From: Octopus vulgaris
Lineage: Eukaryota
Direction: 5' to 3'
Assembly: GCA_951406725.2 (NCBI GenBank)
Contig: OX597820.1
Span: 109,182,001-109,246,000 of the forward strand
DNA length: 64,000 nucleotides
The notes beneath the pieces are model-generated. The model did not search any database, was not told the origin of the DNA, and worked only from the letters and a program-made list of their open reading frames with translations. Shown piece after piece: positions 1 to 12,500 of this stretch (positions within the stretch are counted from its first letter, which is position 1; each line of letters opens with the position of its first letter). A program made the translations under genes and the position numbers.

Positions 1-38
1 TAGTATGGAAAGCGGATGTTAAACGATGATGATGATGA
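1..38 (+). mobile_element. 3' tail of an RTE-type LINE
   Basis: ggaaagcggatgttaaac(gat)n, the same terminus as the RTE copies at 47592 and 60503. Confidence 0.7.
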
Positions 39-68
39 TATATGTATCTCAAAATATTATGAGAATTG

Positions 69-595
69 AAGCTCCCCAAAGCTCAATCACAAAAAAGATA
101 GATGGCATGTCAGACCTCGACTACTGGGGTAGGCTAGAAAAGCTGAAACTGTATTCACTCCAACGACGCCGTGAACGCTACATTATCTGTATGATGTGGA
201 AAATATTCCATCAGCACTGTCCGAATGATGTTGGCATCACCTTTAAAATACATCCAAGGCTTGGACCACGTGCCATCCGTCCACAACAAAAATGTAAATC
301 GCATCTCATAACAACAATACAGCACAATTATTTCACCTCAGTTGGATCCACTCTCTTCAACATTACACCAGGACATGTCAAAACAGAAACTGACCACACA
401 AAATTCAAGTAGTCTTTGGACAAATTCCTTCAAACAGTTCCAGACAAACCACCCACACCCGGATATGTCTCCGCAAACAATAATTCTCTGCTCGAATGGA
501 CCTTGGCTCCCAAATCCTGAATTGAAAGACTTCGCCAGGCAGTGCTATTAAGTTAGACATGGCCAGGGCCAATACTGGCCAAAACCTTTCTAAGT
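69..595 (+). mobile_element. 5'-truncated CR1/L2-group LINE, ORF2 C-terminus
   Basis: LDYWGRLEKLKLYSLQRRRERYII is homologous to LDYWQRLKTLKMYSIERRFERYRI in the LINE at 12930-16730. A premature stop lies at 410-412. Confidence 0.8.
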
Positions 596-694
596 TATAT
601 ATATGTATATATAGATATATATATATATATATGCATATATAGATGTATATATATATGCATATATATATATATATATGCATATAAATATATATAT

Positions 695-744
<50 letters not shown>

Positions 745-749
<5 letters not shown>

Positions 750-1872
750 GTTTATATATTTGTTGTGCAAGATTTTTTATGTGAAGTCGTGTGTTGAAAC
801 AGATATTGTTATATTTCGGAATGGTTATTTTGCCAGTTTAGCCAATAAAAACACACGCACTATATATTTGGTGTTATTTTGCTTTAGTGTTATTTATTTT
901 TTACATTAATCTTAATCTTATTTCGGCCAGAGTTCTTTCGTCAGACTCCTGTGACCGCATCAGTGGTCCTTTGTTTTCTTCTTTCTTATTTGTGTCTCTC
1001 CTTACTAACCGTCAGCCATTTTGTATTTCTATTGTATGTCTTCATTTACGCATGCTTATATCTCTAAGTGCGTCTATGTTTATTTAGTGTGTGTGTAGGG
1101 GGGGGCTCTAATATTTGTATCTTCTGTTTATATACGTTCATGTAATTTGTTGTTGTTTTTGTTTATTCTTATTTTGTTCCTGTGTTTACATCCACTTATT
1201 ATCATTACACATGCTTGTATGTATGTATGTATGTATAATAACAATACTAGTAATAATAATTATAAATTTTAAAAAATCTTTTTAATTAGATAAAAAAAAC
1301 AAAAAAACTTCTAGTTATTTATTTCTATTTGTTTATTTATCTGTGTATTTTATTTATTTATTATGTTTTCGGTTTTGTTTATATTGTAACCAGTTTATTG
1401 GGATCCTCTATCGTCATATGTTGTGATGTGTGCTAGTGTTCCATTCTAGTTTCCTATTCAGGCTAGGTTTATTTTCTATGTGTGTAGCTTCTGTAATTTG
1501 TCTGATTGTTGCATCTGTTCTATGTGTGGACAATATTTTAATTTCTATGTTGTTGATTGATCCCCCGTGTTCCTGTTTAGCGTGTTGGTGCAGAATCGAT
1601 GAGCTTTTACCTTTCTTGAGTTCTCTCCAATGGTCATTTACCTGCTCTCCTATGCTTGTTGCCGTTTCCCCTGCGTATGTCGTTGTCTTGTTACTGCATC
1701 GTCCCTCTATACATTTTATACTATAGACTACATTTCTGGCTTTACAGTTTGTTTGTGGGCTAAATCTACATACAGTACAGTACTTATCCATACAGGGGGT
1801 TTTACTAAAAGGATAGGTTCTACCAATTATAGATTTGATAGGCTTGCCTGGCTTTTCAACAACCTTGGTATT
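745..1872 (-). mobile_element. 5'-truncated Penelope-like element (GIY-YIG endonuclease plus 3' terminal repeat)
   Basis: ORF 1414-1870 has CxxC..C, VVYSIKC..YAGET, H..H and RQITEA..LNRKLEW. An HHR-like motif lies at 927-966. (TA)n flanks both sides. Confidence 0.8.
927..966 (-). ncRNA. Hammerhead-like motif, variant core
   Basis: Minus strand: CCA-CTGATGC-G-GTCA...TGAC-GAAA-GAAC-TC-TGG. Stem I is CCA/TGG; A9 is replaced by C. Confidence 0.55.
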
Positions 1873-1887
1873 TATGTATATATATAT

Positions 1888-1921
<34 letters not shown>

Positions 1922-1950
1922 ATATACATATATACCAAGGTTGTTGAAAA

Positions 1951-1990
<40 letters not shown>

Positions 1991-2353
1991 AAATGAGATA
2001 GGGGTTGTAAATTCAACCCTCCATGGTATAACATATATCCAATATACTGCTAGAGAAGTACCCAACAAAGCTAATACATAAATGTTAAGAATTGCGATGC
2101 AATTAATTCATTTACTGTATTAGGTGGGCAAAGGTAAAATTATTTTTTACCATAAATTAATAATACAAAATGAGAAAATAGAGAAATATATCTAAATCAT
2201 TCATTAACTATCAGATAATACCGAATCATATACTTTATTAAAACACTACACAAGAGCATTAAGATTAGACATTAATACAGTACAATAATTACAATCAATA
2301 TAATGAGATATAACTAAATAAATATAACAAGATATAAAAATATATATACATTA

Positions 2354-2468
2354 TAACTGACAGCTGTTTCGGCCATGCAGATAAGTATGTCTCATTTAAC
2401 CTATTAGCCATATATTGCAGGTATAAATGAGACATTAACAAAAATATCTAACGGCCTCTTCGGAGATT
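2354..2468 (-). ncRNA. Hammerhead-like motif with extended stem II
   Basis: CT-CCGAAGA-GGCC-[long hairpin insert]-GGCC-GAAA-CAGCTG-TC-AG. Confidence 0.65.
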
Positions 2469-4000
2469 CTAATGTAAGTATGAGTACATATCCAAAAATC
2501 ATTTACATATAAATATAAATATGAGTGCATATATACTCATATCCTTATATATATACACATATACATATACATAATAATATAAAATAATATAAATAATATA
2601 AATCAATATATATCAATAAACATAATAATGTTCTATATTGAATGTTACAGTTCTTCACCTAATATTAAGAAATTACAACAGATATCTTCATATTTAATGC
2701 AGACATATATAGTAAACAGTTCATTATACTAATTTGTGTTACTTTACAAAAAAGTCAATAATGTTAATACCAATACCGTTATCAATAACAATAATGTTAG
2801 CAACACTGAAGACCAATAAATACCACCATAGTATTATTCAAGGCAAATAGATATCTGCATATATATGCAATCAGTCAAATTCTTCTGTTTGCATGGTATT
2901 AATTTCCACAGATGCATTCGATTGGCCTATACTTTTAAATTTGAATTACAGTAGACATTTTACGGTTAGTTAGCTAGGAAACATACACACGCGCACGCAC
3001 ATCCACAAACGTGCGCACATACAGACATAGTCACATGTTTACACACACACACACACACACACCCACACACTCACACACATACACACACACATACCCACAT
3101 ACACAACCAAATCATAAATAAATAAATAAGAGGTACTATCCCATCTATACACACACATAAATGTTTACAAACAGATCCACTCACATATGTCCATAAATCC
3201 GTAAATGCAATCATACATATAATTATACCTAGATGGAGAGTGTAATTTATCATAAGGTACATAATTAAAATAACACCGTATTTTTCGTAAACAAAATATC
3301 TTAGAACTAAAAATGTCTATATCATTACCACTATGTTTCTATTCAAATATTTACTAAATTATAAAATACAAAATACCCGTTTATGTTTGTCTATCAAAAG
3401 ACGTAAAAATACATATAAACTAAGTTAACAGAGGTTTATATTAATTAAATTATAAGAAATTAATTGTAAAAAGTCAAAATACGCTAATATTCTAAGATAT
3501 ATAATCAAAATAATACCTTATAACTTATACAGATAACATCACATCGTAAGAAGTCTAATATTGTTACATTACCATTATATTCCTATTTAATCTCTCACCA
3601 ACAAACTAGGAGAATTATACTCACATCTACACATCCATATGTATACTCCTGTGTAACGACAAACATATATACTTTCACATTTGATGTGTATGTAAACATT
3701 CGCAGTACCTATATATATATATTTAAGTATCAATGGACATATAAATACATATATAATAATTAACAGGATTTACAATTAAATATTAAATAATATCAGTGGA
3801 CGTATAAATACATATATAATAATTAACAGGACTTACCAATAAATAGTATATAAGTAAATAATTATAAATTAAATTAATTATAAATTAATAATTGTTCTTA
3901 CTTAAAAATAAAATATAATAAAATAAAATAAAATGAAATAAAAAATAAAAATATAAGTAAAAACATGTATACATATATACATTTAATAAATAATGGATAT

Positions 4001-4440
4001 ATATGTATATATCTACATATAAATAAATGAATAAATAAATAGATAAATACCATAAAATACAAATTAAGATAAATACAAAGATAAACTTAATATATAAGGC
4101 TGCTAATATGTATATATCCACATATACATAAATGAATAAATAAATAGATAAATAACATAAAATAAAATAAAAAATATATATATTAAGATGAGTACATAGA
4201 TAAACTTAGTATACAAGACTGCTAATATGTATATATTTACATATAAATAAATGAATAAATAAATAGATAAATAACATAAAATGCAAATTAAGATGAGTAC
4301 AAATATAAACTAAATATATAAGACTGCTAATATGTATAAAGCCACATATAAGTAAATGAATAAATTTATTAATAAATAACATAAGATAGAAATTAAGATG
4401 AGTACAAAGATAAACTTAATATATAATATATAAGACTGCC
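4001..4440. repeat. Degenerate tandem repeat, about 4 units of roughly 100-120 bp, in the PLE 3' region
   Basis: Recurrent aaatgaataaataaatagataaata...attaagatgagtac...ctgctaatatgtata. Confidence 0.8.
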
Positions 4441-4519
4441 AAATAAATACATGCAAAAACCCATATACTCATCCAAAATAAACAATGTACATTCAATATA
4501 GACTCGCATTTATTACATA

Positions 4520-4898
4520 CTAGCAGTATCACCCGGCGTTGCTCAGGTTTGTAAGGGAAATAACTATAAAGCATTTTTAGAGTTATAGCCAAAAAATAGC
4601 AAAAAGATGGGAAAAAATGATGGCAAATTTTTTTTTTAGTTAAAAAAGGTGGAGTTGCGTCCCCTAGACAGTTTGCGGTTTGTGTTTCTGATTCTCGACC
4701 CCATGTCGAATTTATCGATTTTTTTCAGAACTGGGGGAACTTTTCAAAATTTTCGCTGCGTTAGTTTTGAATTATGACATTGGGCTATGTGTGTGTCAAG
4801 TTTCATCAGAATCGGTTGAAAGCCGTGGTCAGGGTGAGGGTACAAGCAAACAGACACACAGAAACACACACAGACAAACTGCCGTTTATATAGAGAGA
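4520..4898 (-). mobile_element. Non-autonomous Helitron
   Basis: Minus strand starts A|TCTCTCTATATAAA and ends with a GC hairpin CCTGAGCAACGCCGGG, spacer, CTAG|T. No target-site duplication (TSD). Confidence 0.85.
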
Positions 4899-5945
4899 TT
4901 AGTATTACAGCATCTAAAACCAGCTCCCCAAACTATGATACGCATACACACTCATCAATTTTGTAAATCTCCATGAATATCATAGTGCTATGCATATACC
5001 AAAAAATATATATATCCTAGTATATTTCCCTTATAAGCCAGGACAAAAAACAAAAAACAATCAATACAGAACATATATATGTGTAGCTACAAAATTATAA
5101 ATTTATAAATTGTATGTTTCAAATTATAAAGACCACAAGTACAATCAAGTGTAGAGGAATGTTAAAATATTACTAGTAGAAATGCTATGTTCTATTTAAA
5201 TCTAGAGAAAGTTTACGCTAATTTATGAATGCAAAAAAAATTCCTCTTGTTAATATTATTAATTATAGGTATTCCAGCTTTGATGATGAAAAAAATTTCA
5301 TTAATACATAGAGAGCATTTTTTATTTTTACTATTGTATACAGGTGCAGAAGTTAGTATTTTCCAATTTAATTTAAAATCTATGTTCTTACTTTTGAGTT
5401 CCCAAATATATGCACTTAACCCCGTAGAGTACATCCTGTTTTTATTTCTAAAAGTATATCTATGATAATTAAGTCTTTGTTTCATGCTATTCATAGTTGC
5501 TATATTGTGTATCTACAGTGCATTGATAAACTACCTCTTTCTTGAGGCATTGATTACCAAACACACATTGATTCCTTTTTCTGCAATTACAGTTATCAAC
5601 AGGTTGATGCAATCTAACATTGGCCAAAATTTCTGTAACTTTATTCCCATAAATAGTGTTATAATTATTTTTACTATTTAATCCCAAATTTAACGAGTGA
5701 TTGCGTTTAATATTATTGGCAATATTCCTATCAATAGTAATAGTATTGGTGGTAGTGGTATCATCCATTACATTAATATTTTTCCTTACAGGTACGGTAC
5801 TATCATAATTCGCAAGAGGGTTGTTCACGTTAGCTCCAAAAGATATATTGTTCCTATGATTATAGAGAGGCAAATTACTATTATCTAAATTTAACTTTCT
5901 ATCATTATAGAAGCAATCCAGTTTCCTGACTCATACTTACATTAG

Positions 5946-6060
5946 AATCTCCGAAGAGGCCGTTAGATATTTTTGTTAATGTCTCATTTATATCTGCAAT
6001 ATATGGCTAATAGGTTACATGAGACATACTTATCTGCATGGCTGAAACAGCTGTCAGTTA
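5946..6060 (+). ncRNA. Hammerhead-like motif (inverted copy of 2354-2468)
   Basis: CT-CCGAAGA-GGCC...GGCT-GAAA-CAGCTG-TC-AG. Confidence 0.65.
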
Positions 6061-6367
6061 TAATGTATATGTATTTTTATATCTTGTTATATTTATTTAG
6101 TTATATCTCATTATATTGATTGTAATTATTGTACTGTATTAATGTCTAATCTTAATGCTCTTGTGTAGTGTTTTAATAAAGTATATGATTCGGTATTATC
6201 TGATAGTTGATGAATGATTTAGATATATTTCTCCATTTTCTCATTTTGTATATATATATATATATATATATATTGACTGAAGATTGAAGGCTTCGAATGT
6301 CCCATCCTTTTTTTTTGTATCGTCCTCTAAATATTTTGCTTTCTTGTCCCAGTTTTCTATTTTTTTT

Positions 6368-6407
<40 letters not shown>

Positions 6408-6660
6408 GGCGTACGTACCCCTTGTCTTACATATATATAGATATATATATATATATGCATATATACATGTATACATATATATCTATATATATATGCATAT
6501 ATATATGTATACATTTATATATCTATATAAATGTTTATATATATGTATATTTATATATGTATATCTAATTATCTATATCTAATATATATGTATATTGTGG
6601 GTGTATCACATACCCAAATAAGAAGCACACTCTAAAGCATACAGCAGTAATGTATTTATA

Positions 6661-7381
6661 TGCAGTTAAGTATATGTCCCATCATAGAGTGACCAATTGT
6701 TTTACATCCATAAATGGTTTAGCCCCATAAAAGGCTCATCAGACTCTAAAGGTGAAGGTATATAATTCTTCAACTCAGGAGGTAGGAATCTGTTAGTTAG
6801 TAAGTAAACAAAGAAAAAACAATCCGGGTTGATAAGGTGGTTATCTCCCTTCGACTAGTCCAATGTGGCTCAAAAAAGGGAGAACAGGGAATTTTGCCCG
6901 AAGGTTGCTCTTAGCTCATAATGACCTTTTTGGATCTAATCAATGAATGGAGAATTCCATGTTTGCAGCAGGTAGCATTTGAAATGGATGTAGGGGCTAT
7001 AAGTTTCTTTGTTGCTGGGATCCTTGCTTACTCAGCTATGCAAAGCATTTTAAATGCTACCTGCTGTAAGCATGGGATTCTCCATTCATTGATTAGATCT
7101 GAAAGGTCCTTTTGAGCTAAAAGCAACCTAAGGGTTAAAATCCTTGTTCCCTCTTTTTTGACCCACATGGACTAGTCTAAGGGAGATAACTGTCCTTATA
7201 GACCTGGATTGGTTATTCTTTGATTACTTACTAACTAACTGACTGTAACAGATTCCTCCCTCCCAGAGTTGAAGAATTTTATGCCTTCGGCTTTAGAGCC
7301 TGACAAGACGTCCAAGGGGCTAACTCTTTTATGGATGTGAAACCATTGGTCACTCTGTGACCGGACATATACTTAACTGCA
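6661..7381. mobile_element. Fold-back element made of two inverted PLE-type terminal repeats
   Basis: Imperfect arms at about 6661-6986 and 7044-7381 (tgcagttaagtatatgtcc / ggacatatacttaactgca). Each arm has an HHR motif: 6686-6747 minus and 7295-7356 plus. Confidence 0.8.
7295..7356 (+). ncRNA. Degenerate type I hammerhead motif
   Basis: AGAGC-CTGACAA-G-ACGTCCA...TGGATGT-GAAA-CC-ATT-GG-TC-ACTCT. The opposite arm keeps CTGATGA and a perfect AGAGT/ACTCT stem I. Confidence 0.65.
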
Positions 7382-8143
7382 TATATATATGTGTGTGTGT
7401 GAGAAAATTAATCACTGATCATATGAAAACTGAAGAGCCTAAGCTGTAGCAAATTTACCTATATAACAGTTCTTACTTGATGGTCCACTGTTAAACTTTC
7501 TTGGGGTTACATATGATCCATTAGCTATCAACTTCTACTTTCCATCACTTCCTTCCATCTGATATGATTGTTCTGCTACTCCTTCTATTTCTTCATCTTT
7601 TGTATATCTGTTACTACATTGTCCAATGTCTCCTTCCTGTTTTTAATGTAGGGGGTGAATTGAAAGAAGTTTGGTTGGTATTTCTCAGGTGTTCAGGGAT
7701 CTGGTTGCAGGTCCATTTGTTGACTTGTGGTCATGTTAGTTGAACAAGAATGCTTCATTCAGTACATCCTCTGCTAATCTAATATATGTGTGTGAGTGTA
7801 TTGTATGTAGTTCAATAAATAGTATAGCACTTGATCAGTTAAGAGAGTAAAGATATTATAATTAAGAAACATGCAAAAAGCCATGTAAAATTCAGCTAAC
7901 TAGTGTTTCTTGGCAAAATATTAAATTTATTTCACTATTTTTCAAGTTGTGACAAATGAGCATGCTCTTTGTCTTTTTTCAAAATATACATGCTCATTGA
8001 AACTTCAATTACATCAAACCCAGTTACTAAACTGTCTTGTTTACTTTTCTAGCTTGAAAAATGGCAAAATGAATTTAATATTTAGACTAGGAAACCATGA
8101 GTAGCTGAAGTTCTCAGGGCTTTTTGTGTGTTTCTTAATTATA

Positions 8144-8180
<37 letters not shown>

Positions 8181-8250
8181 AGTTAAGGAGAGAGAGCGAG
8201 AAACAGCGAGGAATATCATGCATTTTATGTCTGTGTGTCATATATTGCAG

Positions 8251-8357
8251 GTATTTGTACATGTATCGACAGCCTATGCAAATTGTGATCGGCCTTTCAT
8301 TGAAGAAAATATCTATGAACCCTTTGTAGAACCCCAGAAGATAATTGATGCTTTGGA
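8251..8357 (+). CDS. Fatty acyl-CoA reductase (FAR family) internal coding exon
   Basis: Acceptor ttgcag at 8245-8250. Reads [35 protein letters not shown] plus GA, then donor gtgagt at 8358. Matches the FAR HVSTAY motif region. 107 nt, ending in phase 2. Confidence 0.93.
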
Positions 8358-8735
8358 GTGAGTATCCTGGAATTGTTTTGGAAAAATCTTTTTCAGCTTT
8401 TGACAAAATCTTTTGAACCAAAAAGTAATATTCATGAAATAACAATAAGCTGATGTCATTTATGGATTTTGTCTACAATATAAATATTTTGACTTCACCT
8501 TCACCATCATAATCTTCATCACTATCATTGTTATCACTATCACCATCTTATTGTCTTCATTGTTATCATCATTAGTATCATTATCATGGATAAAATGGTA
8601 CAGGCGTGAAGTGAAGTTATGAAGTGCTTGACTACTGACAATAAGTTCAATCATACATTACTGTATTGACCTTAAGTTTGGTGGGTGGGAAGAGAGGATA
8701 TAGTTGAAGAAATTGATTCCTGTAGTTGATTGGTA

Positions 8736-9560
8736 CGAGGTCTAATCAATAAGTATCCAGATAGTTGCCATAGTAATGAAGCTAAAGCATGCAGAGTGAA
8801 ACTGCTTGGCAGAGATTTGCCTTGACCTCTGCTGTGCTTATGTTTAACATTCTAGCTCACTTCCACTGTCTACAGCAGTACTTGGAAGGAAGGTATGTAG
8901 TGTATGATCGTTGCATTGACTACGACAGAGAAAGTTGTCATGGTGATGCTTTTCCAGAGGCCTACGCAAAGTTGCAGAAAGTGTATGGAGAGGAGTGTGT
9001 GAGCCACACACAAGTGTACAAGTGGTTCAAATGTTTCCAAGATGGCCGTTCTGAGACGAACATTCTGGGAGACCTGCAACCAGCAGAATTGAGAAAGACA
9101 TTGCAGATGTGTGTGCAGCTGTGAAGGAAAATCATCGAATCCCCATCCATGAGGATGTGCAAATTAGTTATGGTTCAGTTCAGTCCATTATCACTGAAGA
9201 TTTGGACATGAGATGTGTGTCTGCCAAGTTTGTGCCAAAACTGCTTTCAGCTGACCAAAAGGATATGGGGTTTCAGTTGCACAAGATCTCCTTGATTGTA
9301 TCGAGATCGATGAAAAGGCTTTGAAAACTTTGCGTAGGCCTCTGAGCAGGTATCACCAAACTTTCGGCAAAATTTCAAGCAGATTCTCTGCTCAACTTGC
9401 TCTCTCATGGTCAATGTGACAATCACACGCTACACACCTTCGTTCCAAACACTGCTGTAAACAGCAGAGTTCAAGGTCAATCTGTGCCAAGTGGCTTCAC
9501 TCTGCGTGTTTTAGCTTTGTTACTATGGCAACAGTCCAGATACTTATTGATCAGACTACG
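8736..9560 (+). mobile_element. Internally deleted mariner element with long inverted ends
   Basis: TA flanks. Termini cgaggtctaatcaataagtatc / gatacttattgatcagactacg. Transposase remnants LQKVYGEECVSHTQVYKWFKCF and VSAKFVPKLL. Confidence 0.85.
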
Positions 9561-9689
9561 TATTTATTATATTGAATTTAGATGAAAAGATGAGTGGTAA
9601 AGATGTGACTAAATACTTTGAAGCAAAATGTCTAGTATCTTACTGTGTCATCCACTACTCTGTACTACGACAATAACACTAATGACATT

Positions 9690-10325
9690 AACTGTTTTTA
9701 ATTTAGGCACAAGGCCAGCAATTTTGAAGTGGCGTTTAGTTGGTTACATCAACCCCAATACTTAATTGGTGCTTGTTTTATCGACCCTTAAAGGATGACA
9801 AGCAAAATTGACATCAATAGGATATGAACACAGAACATAAAGAGCTGAACAAATACCATACAACATTTTGTCTGATGTGTTAATGATTTTACCAATCCAC
9901 CACCCTTAATAATTTTTAAGTTTTGACACAATACCACAATTGTGTAGAGGAGTAGTCAAAACTAGTACTATTACATTATTGATCCATTGATTCCTCCCCA
10001 CAGAGTGATGAAAAGCCAAGTCAAGATTTGAACTCAGAATGTAAAGTGCTGTAACTATACACTGCAAAACATTTATCTCATATACTGCTGTTTCTGTTCC
10101 TCTATCAGCATTAATAACAATATTTATCTTGACTTAAGTACAAAGCTACAAATTTTGAAGTAAGGTGTCTCATTGATTAAATTGATCCTAGAACTTCCTG
10201 ATACTTACTGTATCAAACCCTGAAGTCAACCTCTGTAACATTTTGAGCTGAGAATACAAAGAAACAGAAATATATGCCACAAGGCATTGTTTGGCACTTC
10301 ACTAGTTTTGCTATCAACTACTCTT
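9690..10325 (-). mobile_element. Tandem array of about 3 degenerate tRNA-derived SINE copies
   Basis: Repeats of about 210 bp that are the reverse complement of the units at 36450-37385 (ttctgagttcaaat B-box-like motif). Confidence 0.6.
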
Positions 10326-10334
10326 TATATTATA

Positions 10335-10734
10335 CTAGCAATATCGCCCGGCGTTGCTCGGGTTTGTAAGGGAAATAACTATATAAGCATTTTTAGAGAG
10401 TTATAGCCAAAAAGTAGCAAAAAAATGCATTAAAAATGGAAAAAAAATGATAGTAAATTTTTTTAAAACTCGTTGACTCATCGTAGACATTTTTAGAGAG
10501 TTACTTCCCTTATATAATAGCGAAAAAAATGCATTAAAATGGAAAAAAATGATGGTAAATTTTTTTTTAAAATCGTAGACTCGTCGTAGACGCGCGCTAA
10601 TACCCAGAAGGGCTCGATATGAATCACGACTATAAGATACCTGGTTTTGGTTAAACTGCACCGCAAAATGTGGGAGTAGTTAGGAATCTAAATCGTAGGA
10701 GACAGACACACAACCTTACTTTTATATATAAAGA
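10335..10734 (-). mobile_element. Non-autonomous Helitron (copy 1 of a tandem pair)
   Basis: 5' TCTTTATATATAAAAG. 3' hairpin CCCGAGCAACGCCGGG then CTAG|T. Same 3' end as 4520-4898. Confidence 0.85.
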
Positions 10735-11253
10735 CTAGCAGTATCGCCTGGCGTTGCTCGGGTTTGTAAGGGAAATAACTATATAAGCATTTTTAGAGAG
10801 TTACTTCCTTTATAGATGCCAATTCGGGCTTTCTTAGCCATTTCTGTTTTGGTGTCTTCAAGCCATGAAGTCGTTGTTCTAAAAGAACGCTGGTCTCCTT
10901 GATAACGCATTACAACGTTGATTTCCTTAAACTCCCTTCCCCACAGCTTCACGAGGGAGGGAAGAAGGGGGAGAAGCAAACACAGGTGCAGGTGTTTGAG
11001 CGTGGACACCAACTCCGCCGCCATCGACACACGAAAAATTATGCATTAAAATGGAATAAAAAATGATATTAAATTATTTTTAAAATTGTAGACTCATCGT
11101 AGACGCGCACTAATAGCCAGACGGGCTCGATATTAATCACGACTATAAGATACCCGAATTTGGTTAAACTGCACCGCAAAATGTGGGAGGAGTTAGGAAT
11201 CTAAATCGTAGGAGACAGACACTCACACAACTACAGTTTTATATATATATAGA
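10735..11253 (-). mobile_element. Non-autonomous Helitron (copy 2, directly abutting copy 1)
   Basis: 5' A|TCTATATATAT and the same 3' hairpin plus CTAG. Carries an extra internal segment at about 10815-11035. Confidence 0.85.
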
Positions 11254-11460
11254 TTAGCAACAATAATCAGCTTGTCATCATAACAACAGTATAACTTTAA
11301 ACTTGTTTGTTATTTTCTTGAAACTTGATATGTAGGCTTTTTTACAAACCTTGTGGAACATGTTATGTGTCTTAAACCTCAAAATATGTATTTCATTGTG
11401 TTATCAGTTCACAGATAAATGAATTTCAAAATTTGTAAATACAGTTTATAAATATGTATT

Positions 11461-11590
11461 GGTGCCAGCGTGGTTGTGTGGTAAGAAACTTGCTTCCCAA
11501 CTACATGGTTCCAAGTTCAGTCCCACTTGTGGCACTTCTACCAAAGCCTTATGAGTGGAAACTGCAAGAAGCCCATATGTGCATGTGTGT
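11461..11590 (+). mobile_element. tRNA-derived SINE, internally deleted
   Basis: A-box-like tggttgtgtggtaag and B-box-like agttcagtccc, ending gaagccc plus (TG)n. Resembles a common octopus SINE from recall. Confidence 0.6.
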
Positions 11591-11599
11591 GTGTGTGCA

Positions 11600-12500
11600 T
11601 GGTCTTCGTCTTTTCAACTCTTTCTCCTTCCCTCCTGGCCTCTCTAAACTTCTCTTCACTTTTGATATCAAGAGTCTATATACGGTAATCCCACACAACG
11701 AAGGACTTCTTGCCCTCAAACACTTTCTAGACCTTTGACTCAAACTCCAATCTGACATGTTCACACTTCTTCTGCCTTTCTCGACATTTTGATCAACATA
11801 CACACCCCCCACTCTTACTATCTCCATCCATTACAAACACACTGGCTCACACTCATACCTCAAGTTCTCCTCCTCCCAACCTGCCCACATCAAGCTCTCC
11901 ATCCCTTACTCCCAATTCCTCCATCTGCACAGGCTTTGCAGTGACAACCATGACTTTGAGACTCAGTCTAAACTCATGGCTCGCAACTTCATCCTTCATG
12001 AATATCCCCTCACCATTATCCACACCGCTCTTGCCAGAGCACATTCTGTGGAATCTGCCACTGCTCTCTCCTCACACCCGCTCTGCCTTTGCCTGTCTCC
12101 CATTTCCCCTCACCTACCATTGCTCCAACGCACCATTCTCCTAACCTTCCAGTGATTCCAGTCGGACCCCTCCACTTTGCACATGTTCCCCAACCTACCT
12201 ATTCCTTCCTTCAAACGAACCTACAACCTATGTGACCTTGTCCACAGTTTCTTCCCTAACACCATCTCCCAACCTGGCTCGTTCACCTGCTCCTGCCCAC
12301 GCTGTCACACTTACCCCTACCTCTTCAACACCACCATCCTCACAGGCACCCATCATCATCCCTATCATATCACTGACTCCTTTACTTGTACTTCTAACAA
12401 CATCATTTACTGCATCTCCTGCTGTTTCTGTCCTTCTCTGTACATTGGTCAAACGGAATGCTACTTGGCTGACTGGTTCACAGAGCAACTCAGATGTTAG
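11600..12500 (+). mobile_element. Degenerate Penelope-like element (RT and GIY-YIG remnants)
   Basis: FTFDIKSLYTVIPHNEGL (RT) and FTCTSNNIIYCISCCFCPSLYIGQT (GIY-YIG), with deletions and stops. Confidence 0.8.

Larger units (their letters stand above)
1990..6251 (-). mobile_element. Naiad-like Penelope element, 5'-truncated, with inverted terminal repeat
   Basis: Endonuclease remnants 5213-5873 (CNCRKRNQC..C..VVYQC; STGLSAYIWELK; CSLCINE; CIH). The segment 2162-2485 recurs inverted at 5929-6251, and both copies carry an HHR motif. Confidence 0.85.

Noticed and set aside
6274-6305. Additional hammerhead (CTGAAGA)
   Set aside because: No convincing GAAA, helix III or stem I.
11461-11530. tRNA gene
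   Set aside because: It has A/B-box-like motifs but no cloverleaf, and it continues into a SINE body.
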